A DNA stretch of 18,283 nt, from positions 1-18,283 of the forward strand of contig JANOAV010000119.1 in assembly GCA_031411295.1 (NCBI GenBank), in the 5' to 3' direction. The position numbers and the translations under genes are program-made. Shown piece by piece: positions 1-7,400 of the stretch. Under the pieces are notes generated by a model. The model did not search any database. It was not told the origin of the DNA and was given only the letters and a program-made list of their open reading frames with translations. The stretch's first letter is position 1; every line of letters begins with the position of its first letter. Source of the DNA: Verrucomicrobiales bacterium. Lineage in GTDB: Bacteria > Verrucomicrobiota > Verrucomicrobiia > Verrucomicrobiales > V1-33.

Positions 1-142
1 CATTGGCAAAACTTGAGACAGCCATTCAGGGAGTAAGGATTCGAACGCTGGGCTGAGGCGTTGAGAATGGCGGACAGAGTCACGCCACTCCCAGTTGGAA
101 TCCTTTCCTCAATTAACCAAGCTATGAACCGGTGGTGCGGCA

Positions 143-1207
143 TTACCGTTTCTGGTAAAATACTCCTTTGCCCCTCCCGTGAGCCTGAATCACGCCAGCC
201 ACGATCAGTTCCTTCAGCCGGATTTTCACCGTGGAAAGCGGAATCCCAGTGGCGGCGGCGGCTTGGCTCGTGGTTATGGTTGCCTGGCTAGCCAGCAGGT
301 CCAGGATTTTCCGGGCGTCTGGAGTCAAGACCCCGGAAATGGTCGGTGCGGGTGCTGGTCGGCTCATGCGCTCCTGGAGCACGCGCGTCTGCCGATGCAG
401 CGTCCTGAGGAAAAAGACCAGCCAGGCATCCCAGTCTGGTTTGCCCTCTTGCCAAGTAGTCTGCGTTTGCCGCAGGGCCAGATAGTAAGCCTCTTTGTTA
501 TGCTCAATCAGGCTCTCCAGCGAACTGTAGGGTGTGTAGGAGTATCCCGCCCTCAGCAACAGCAGCAGGGTGAGGGCTCGGGACAATCGTCCGTTGCCAT
601 CGGAAAAAGGGTGAATGGCCAGGAAGATGACCACGAAAATGCCCACCCGCAGCAACGGATGCAGGCCGATGTCCTTCTCTGCTTGTCGATGCCACTCCAG
701 CAGCGCTTCCATGTGCTGCGGGGTGTCGAAGGGGCTGGATGTCTGGAAGATAATGCCAATCTGTTTGCCGTCCGCAGCAAACGCAGCCACCAAGTTCGGA
801 TGGGTTTTCCATTCCCCTCGGTGCCGATCGTCCTTCGTGCTGAATTGCAGCAGGTCACGGTGCAGTTGCCTAATGAAATTCGCGCCCAGCGGAATGCTGT
901 CGGCATGGGCGAAGATCTGTTCGAGCACGGTGGCGTAGCCCGCCACCTCTTGTTCGTCACGCGAGGCAAAAGACTCGGTCCCGAGTTTGCCCAGCAGGCT
1001 GGCCACTTGGGTGTTGTCGAGCTTGGCCCCTTCAATCCGGGTGGACGAACCTACGCTTTCTATTGTGGCCACCCGCCGCAATTGGGCCAACCGCTCCGGC
1101 TCAATCGAATGGCCAACCTCCCAGCCACCCCGAAACCGGTCGATCTCGGAAATTAGCCGCAGGATCTCCGAGGAAATTGGAATGGAATCAGGCAGGGAAA
1201 ACGTCAT
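143..1207 (-). CDS. Fic domain protein (class II, N-terminal autoinhibitory motif) with C-terminal winged-helix domain
   Basis: Canonical Fic motif HPFSDGNGRLSR (HPFxxGNGRxxR); N-terminal STRIEG fits the (S/T)xxxE(G/N) inhibitory motif; C-terminal ITTSQAAAATGIPLSTVKIRLKELIVAGVIQAHGRGKGVFY is HTH-like. Confidence 0.93.
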   Translation of the reverse strand: MTFSLPDSIPISSEILRLISEIDRFRGGWEVGHSIEPERLAQLRRVATIESVGSSTRIEGAKLDNTQVASLLGKLGTESFASRDEQEVAGYATVLEQIFAHADSIPLGANFIRQLHRDLLQFSTKDDRHRGEWKTHPNLVAAFAADGKQIGIIFQTSSPFDTPQHMEALLEWHRQAEKDIGLHPLLRVGIFVVIFLAIHPFSDGNGRLSRALTLLLLLRAGYSYTPYSSLESLIEHNKEAYYLALRQTQTTWQEGKPDWDAWLVFFLRTLHRQTRVLQERMSRPAPAPTISGVLTPDARKILDLLASQATITTSQAAAATGIPLSTVKIRLKELIVAGVIQAHGRGKGVFYQKR

Positions 1208-1240
1208 CCCTCAAGCTACCGAAATCCCAGCAAATTCAAG

Positions 1241-1284
1241 CCGTATTTAGCTGTATTTAGCCGCAATCGGCCACATTTAGCCGT
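1241..1284. repeat. Degenerate 10-bp tandem repeat (CCGTATTTAG x ~4.4) upstream of the Fic gene
   Basis: Units CCGTATTTAG / CTGTATTTAG / CCGCAATCGG / CCACATTTAG / CCGT read directly at 1241-1284. Confidence 0.8.
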
Positions 1285-1374
1285 GTGCACTACCTCCCAA
1301 TCGTTGTATTCCGTTTTTTCGACCAAACTCAATTATTTATGAGCAGTCTAGCAGGCAGCTCCACACTCCTTATT

Positions 1375-2292
1375 TCACAAAATTTCCCCACGCCCAGTGC
1401 CGCTGATTTCCGCCCCGGGACGGACGATGCAGTCGATCAAATGGGCGTTGGCGGCTACGCGGGCACCAGGCCAGAGGATGGTGTTTTCCAGCCGTGCACC
1501 AGTGGCAACCTGGCAGTTTTCGCTGATGCAGGAGGTAGCGTCCAGTTCGGCTCCGGCGGCTACCTGCGCAGTGGAGTGAATTTGCTGCACGGCGTGCTGC
1601 TGAGCGTAGGCCGCATGGGCTTCGCGATAGCTGGCGGGGTCTCCGAGATCCCACCAGTTGCCAGGATTGATGACGATACCGCCAATCCGTTCCCCGGCCT
1701 TGATGGCCCGGAGAAAGGCTTCGACGACGCTTTCAATCCGACCCGGCACGAGGTAGTTGAAGAAGCCGGGGTTGACGAAATAGAGGCCGGTAAATTGAAC
1801 CTGATTCGGGTGGTTGGTGCCCAGCGCATTCCGCAAATCTAAGACCCGACCAGAAGCCGCATCAAAGGCCACATTCTTGACTTGGCCAGTGCTGCGGAGG
1901 ACTAACGTGACGAGATTTCCTGCCGCGAAATGTTGTGCTTTGGCTGCTTCCAGCGGCAAGTCGGTCAGGATGTCCCCATTATAAATTGCGCAAGGAGCGT
2001 CCTGCAGCAGGTCCGCAACATTGGCTAGGCCTCCGCCTGTTTCCAGCAGAACGGGCTCATGACGGAAATGCAGCGGACAGCCTTCGTAGGTGCCTTGTGG
2101 GAAGGTGGCCGGATAGGCTTCCGGTAAATGATGGGTATTGATAACAAATTCCTGAATCCCGAGTGACCTCAGGTGATCGAAGGCATAAGTGATCAGTGGC
2201 CGCTGCCAGACGGGCACCAGAGGTTTAGGCAAAAGATCTGTCAGGGGGCGCAGGCGTTTGCCCAGGCCCGCCCCGAGGACGAAGGCGCGCAT
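1375..2292 (-). CDS. Sugar-phosphate nucleotidyltransferase (NTP_transferase family; MurU / mannose-1-phosphate guanylyltransferase-like) with short C-terminal left-handed beta-helix
   Basis: N-terminal VLGAGLGKRLRPLTDLLPKPLVPV, ETGGGL, NGDILTD and WWDLG motifs; C-terminal hexapeptide-like repeats (IHSTAQVAAGAEL...ISENCQVATGARLENTILWPGARV). Substrate cannot be determined by eye. Confidence 0.88.
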   Translation of the reverse strand: MRAFVLGAGLGKRLRPLTDLLPKPLVPVWQRPLITYAFDHLRSLGIQEFVINTHHLPEAYPATFPQGTYEGCPLHFRHEPVLLETGGGLANVADLLQDAPCAIYNGDILTDLPLEAAKAQHFAAGNLVTLVLRSTGQVKNVAFDAASGRVLDLRNALGTNHPNQVQFTGLYFVNPGFFNYLVPGRIESVVEAFLRAIKAGERIGGIVINPGNWWDLGDPASYREAHAAYAQQHAVQQIHSTAQVAAGAELDATSCISENCQVATGARLENTILWPGARVAANAHLIDCIVRPGAEISGTGRGEIL

Positions 2293-2324
2293 GAAGGGGA
2301 TGCTAGTAACGAATACCGCCGGGG

Positions 2325-2843
2325 TTAAAATGGAATATCATCTTCATCCATCCCGATGGGACCGTCCTCGTCATTGTGCTTTGCCGGTTGGCTCGGTGGA
2401 GCCTGACGTTGCGCGGGGGGAGCACTCCGCGCGGGAGCACCGTGGTCATCATCATGGTGCTGATCTTCCGCTCCACGGGGAGCGCGATCGCTGCCGCCGG
2501 AACCGCCGCCGCCTTCACCTAGAAATTGGAACTCTTCCGCCACAATACGAGTTTTGTAGCGTTTCTGACCCGTGGCTTTGTCGTCCCACGAGTCGGTTTG
2601 CAAACGGCCTTCCACATAGAGTGGGCGGCCTTTCTTCATCCATTTGGCGATGGTTTCCGCTTGTTTACCCCAGAAGATGACATCGAGGAACGTGACTTCC
2701 TCCTTCTGCTCGCCAGATTCCAGACGATACTTGCGATTCACGGCCAAGCCAATTTCGCAGAGACCGCTGCCTTTGGGCGTATACCGTAATTCGGGGTCGC
2801 GCGTGAGGTTGCCGATGAGGATGACTTTGTTAACGGAAGCCAT
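2325..2843 (-). CDS. ssb: Single-stranded DNA-binding protein
   Basis: MASVNKVILIGNLTRDPELRYTP OB-fold start, VEGRLQTDSW motif, Gly/Pro-rich linker and acidic DEDDIPF tail. Confidence 0.98.
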   Translation of the reverse strand: MASVNKVILIGNLTRDPELRYTPKGSGLCEIGLAVNRKYRLESGEQKEEVTFLDVIFWGKQAETIAKWMKKGRPLYVEGRLQTDSWDDKATGQKRYKTRIVAEEFQFLGEGGGGSGGSDRAPRGAEDQHHDDDHGAPARSAPPAQRQAPPSQPAKHNDEDGPIGMDEDDIPF

Positions 2844-3100
2844 GAGTTTGGAGAGTTAGGTGGTGAATTTTAGATAAGTGAGGAGATTTCGTGATCGGAT
2901 TACACGACATTTACCGAGTTGTCTAGGAGAAGACAGAAATCGCTACTTGAGGTGGGGCGAAGGCTGCGCCCGAGCATCCGCTGGGAGAAGCCGACCGACC
3001 CCGCTGACGCTTCCTTACGTGGAAGCCAGGCGTAGCCACGTTCCGCCGCTAACTGCAAAACCAGCTTGCCGGAAACCCGGGATCATGGCAGCCTCCGTCC

Positions 3101-4372
3101 ATGAATATTTCGCGAATTCGTTTAACCCTAGCAATCCTCTGCGCCAGTTGCGTCACCCTAACTCCGGCCGCCGCCCAGGAAGCCAGCGCGCGGAAGGGCA
3201 CGATGGATTATTTGCTGAGCGACGACACGCTGTGGTCACTTGACGCCGCCGGGGTCGAGAAACGATTGAAGCCCGAGGGGTTCGTGCGAAATGCCCAAAG
3301 CGGAGCAGTCACGTTAGGAGAGCCTCGGGAAATGATGCTGCGGGAGGCCCACATTTTCAGTGACGTGGCCGTCTGGAACGTGAAATTGGATGTCACCGAC
3401 TCCTTGAACCAGGTCATTTTAGACCTCCTGCCGCCACCGAATCTGGCGTTGTTTCTTTCCAAGGGAGATCTCAAAATCCTCTCGAATAAAGTGCAGGAAG
3501 CCCTCACAACCCGTCTGAAGGTGAAGCCCAAGCCGCATTCCACAGATTGGCAGCCAGCGGAGAAAGTTTACAAAACGACCTGCGAGCGCTGGATTGGGAA
3601 GGATTACCAATGCGTCTTTAGCACCTTGGTTTATGAAGCCGGGGGGACTTTCAAGGTCGAGCGCTGCGACTTAAAGATCGCGCGGACCGTGGCTCCGGGA
3701 GAGCTGCTATTGACCAAGCCGTTGGTGCCTACCGTGGACCGTGCGACCCAAGTCATCACGCTGGAAGGGATTCCGCAGATTCCGGATTGGCCTGGCAAGC
3801 ATGCGGAGTGGGCCGTGCTGGAGCAGGCCCTGGCAGCTGCCGGAAAGCGCAGTGACCGCAATGGCATCCGGGAACTGAGTCGCATGGGTTCTTCGTGGCC
3901 CACGGTTTTTGTGCCGGGTTGCGAACGTCTTTTTGCCATGGCCGAAGCCAAGGTGACTCCGATCCTCCCCAACGTGTTCCAAGTGGAAGAATTAGCCAAG
4001 TTAGAAAAGGCCTGCACCATGGCCGCAAAAAAACTAGCCAAACCCAGCCCCCAGAAAATCCAGAACTTGGTCGATATCAATCCCGACGTGCTGCGCGCTG
4101 CTCGAGCCACCCCCACGATGTTGACTCAGTTCACGGGTGCCTTGAAGCAAGCGCTCAACAGCGGCAAACCCTTGTTCTGGGTCGGGGCCACGAGCATGTA
4201 TCCAGAGATTCCAGCAGCCGATAAACCCAAGTTAGGGACGCGACTCATCGTGGGCTATGACGGGAAGCAGGACGAAGTTATTTTTGCCGATGCCGCTGGC
4301 CATCCGGCTTCGCGCCAGAAGACTGCCGACGCCATCGCCTGCGCCTATTATGTGGTGCTGGTGGGCAAATGA
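3101..4372 (+). CDS. Secreted hypothetical protein with C-terminal C39-like (papain-fold) domain lacking the expected catalytic Cys/His
   Basis: 423-aa ORF with signal peptide (MNISRIRLTLAILCASCVTLTPAAA-Q); C-terminal half has the C39 motif pattern (GIPQIPD...LEQAL; LKQALNSGKPLFW; TRLIVGYD; VIFAD). Fold assignment is inferred from motif recall. Confidence 0.65.
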   Translation: MNISRIRLTLAILCASCVTLTPAAAQEASARKGTMDYLLSDDTLWSLDAAGVEKRLKPEGFVRNAQSGAVTLGEPREMMLREAHIFSDVAVWNVKLDVTDSLNQVILDLLPPPNLALFLSKGDLKILSNKVQEALTTRLKVKPKPHSTDWQPAEKVYKTTCERWIGKDYQCVFSTLVYEAGGTFKVERCDLKIARTVAPGELLLTKPLVPTVDRATQVITLEGIPQIPDWPGKHAEWAVLEQALAAAGKRSDRNGIRELSRMGSSWPTVFVPGCERLFAMAEAKVTPILPNVFQVEELAKLEKACTMAAKKLAKPSPQKIQNLVDINPDVLRAARATPTMLTQFTGALKQALNSGKPLFWVGATSMYPEIPAADKPKLGTRLIVGYDGKQDEVIFADAAGHPASRQKTADAIACAYYVVLVGK

Positions 4373-4437
4373 GGCGCATGGGAAAACTTCCCGCATTTCA
4401 ACTGCTGCTGCGGTGCGCTACGCAAGCGCGCTCCAGA

Positions 4438-4459
4438 TTTCCTTAGGGAAAACCACGTA
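4438..4459. promoter_or_regulatory. Possible transcription-factor site upstream of the large esterase gene
   Basis: Near-palindrome TTTCCTTAGGGAAA (4438-4451); GGGAAAAC (4446-4453) also occurs at 4380-4387 within the inverted repeat GGGAAAACTTCCC. Confidence 0.3.
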
Positions 4460-4498
4460 ATGCTGTTGGGATGGCGATTCACGCCTTCCCCCTACCTA

Positions 4499-7400
4499 AT
4501 GAAATTTCCTGTCCTCTCATCCGCTCTCGCTGCGCTGGTCCTAACCGCCGCTCCCACTCAGGCCCAAACCCCGCCCACGCGCATCGTGCCGCTGGGGGAT
4601 TCTATTACCTTCGGTTCGTCGGTGGCGGGAGGGTATCGCAAGAAACTATATGATCTCCTGACGGCGGCAGGCTTCAATGTGGATTACGTGGGCGTGCAGA
4701 ACGGAAACGGTGTCGCTACGTTACCGGATTCTGATCACCAAGGCATCGGGGGATGGCGGATCGACCAAGTGGATGCGGATTTGCCAAAATGGATCGGCGT
4801 GGTGGCGGACCCGGATGTGGTGTTGCTGCACATTGGCACGAATGATTTCGGGCAGAATTTGGATACCGTAAATGCCATTAATCGTTTGGATGCCTTGATC
4901 ACGAAACTGGCGACGCAGTTGCCTTATGCGCACATCATTGTGACGAACCTCATGGAGCGGGGCGTGCTGGCAAATGCACCTAACACCACCATCGAAGCTC
5001 AGTTCAATCCCTTCGTGCAGGCCCGGGTCGATGCTCACGTGGCCTTGGGTCGTCGCGTGACGTTTCTTAACATGCGCTCGTTCGTGCCAGTGGCGGAAAT
5101 GCCGGACGCGTTGCATCCCGGCCAGGTTGGCTATGATCACATGGCCGACGCTTGGGCTCCCGCCGTGCAGGCCGCCATTTCTCCGCTGGGCGATGCGTTG
5201 CCGCCGGGTCTTGCGCGCGCGAAAGCCAATCCGGACCGCACCCACGTCACCATTACCTTTTCCAAGCCTGTGGCCGATTCCGCAGCTGCGGTGGGAAATT
5301 TCAGTCTCAGCGGTGGACTAACGGTGAGTGCCGTTTCCTTGGATGCCACGAAACGCATCGCCACCCTAACTACCAGCCAACAGACGCTCGGCACCCAATA
5401 CATCGCCACCGTGAACAACGTGGTGGATCGTCTGGTCGCGCCTAACGCACTGCCGGCCAACTCCCAAATTAACTTCTTTGCGGCCACGCCACGCGGCTAC
5501 CTGAACAACGTTCCCGAGTCCGCTGGCTATACCTTGGCTTACGCTTTGGATATTCCCACGACCGCCAACTACAAAACTACGGCGCCCGCTTACTCGATAA
5601 ATAATAGCGCGCAGATCGGCCCTATCAGTCGCGTGGCCTATTATCTGGAACTACAAACCGCCACCGGAGATCTGCAATACCTCTGGGCTAGCATGGCTCC
5701 GTTCACCACGGATGCCAGGATGATCGGTGTGCCTACGCTGCCCTCTGGAGCGCTATTCCAAACCAACGTCACGGCTCTAAATGTCGTTTCCAACTCACCA
5801 AATGTCACCACTGGAACGGGCCTCACTGGCAATGTAGAGTTCTGGCCGAGCAACTATCAGGCGACGAATTCCGCCAACGTGCCGGGGGCCAGCGATACCT
5901 TGTTTGACTTTGGCGATACTCCCTCGGCGGGTAATTATGGTTCGATGCAACTTCACAATATTGCCGCCGGCCAGACGTTGTTTAGTTTTAGCAATTGGGG
6001 CGGCAATGCGACCCCTGGCGATGTCTGCCTGGGTATGGGAAATAATCCCGCTCCCATCACGGGTGGGGTGGACTGGACTTTCGCTAACAATGGCGCGGCT
6101 TATACCATTCGCTCCCTGCAAGTGCTGGTGAAGACGGATGACGATCTCACCGCCCCGGCCATAACATCTGCGCGGCAAAATTTCGGGCTGAACAAGATCA
6201 TACTAACCATGTCCGAACCTGTGCTCGCCAGTTCCATTTCAGCGGGAAATTTCAACCTCACCAATGGCGTTACCATCCTGAGCGCCACGGTCGGCAGCAA
6301 TCCCCGTGAAATCATCCTAACTACCACTGCGCAGCCGTCGGGCACGACCCTAACCTTGATGGTAAATGGCCTGCGAGACACTTCCTGCAATGCGAATCGG
6401 ATCGCCAACGGAACGACCGTCGTGGTCGATGCAGCCATCTTGCCGGCTTCGGTCACAACAAACGTCGGAGCCGCTGCCAACGGTTATCAAACGGTCTATT
6501 CCATTGATTTGCCGACCACCGGTAATCTCAATGCGCTGGGGGCGGCGGCCTATGCGCTGGATGAACGTTTCGCTCCCGGCGGGTTTGATCGAGTGGCCTA
6601 TTATTTGGAGCTGCAAACAGCGGCAGGCACCCAGTATGCCTGGGCGTCCATGGATGCGTGGACTGCCAGTAAAGGGAAATTGGGAATTCCCTTGCTTGCC
6701 ACCGGAGCCATGTTTCAACAAAATGTTACCAACTTGGAAGTGGTGTCTAACGTGGCTGGAGTGGTTAACGGAACGACTGCCGCTGGCGGAAACATTGAAA
6801 TCTGGCCGAACAACTACAGCGTCGCCAACGGAATAGCCGTGCCGAATGCCAGTGCAACGAGCTACGACACAGGCGATACTGTTACCGGAACCGTGCCCAC
6901 AGCGGGATATGGTTGTTTGCAAATTCACAACCATGATGTGGGAGCAGCGCAGACCGTGCTGGCCGTGAATCGTTTTGGCACGGATGGACAGATTCTGGAT
7001 GTGGGCATCGGCAATAACCCTGCTCCCACCAGCAACGGAGTCGATTGGACGTTTGCTGCGAATGCAGGTAATTTCGTGAAGCGCACGCTTCACGTCATGG
7101 TGCGCCCCAGTGCCAATTACTTCACACCTGCTGTCGTTACTACCAACGTGGGCAGCAGCGCCAATGGCTATCAATTGGCGTATTCCATTGATTTGCCGTC
7201 AGCGGGCACCTCCGCCAGTTTGCTCTACTCCGTCAATAATGCGGCGGATATTCCTAATTTTTCCCGCGTAGCGTATTATTTGCAATTGGTGCCGGTGGGC
7301 AGTTCCACTCCCAACTGGATCTGGACCTCCATGGACGCCTTCACCACTGATGCCAAGAAAGTGGGCATACCCACCGTGGCCGCCGGGGCGACATTTCAGC

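Noticed and set aside
2944..3060. GC-rich short hairpins in the divergent ssb / hypothetical spacer as a possible ncRNA or REP
   Set aside because: Stems are short and imperfect with no recognisable RNA family or clear partner repeat; not supportable by eye.
4460..4498. Upstream ATG 4460 as the start of the large esterase
   Set aside because: ATG 4499 gives a clean signal peptide; the extra 13 residues look like leader sequence.
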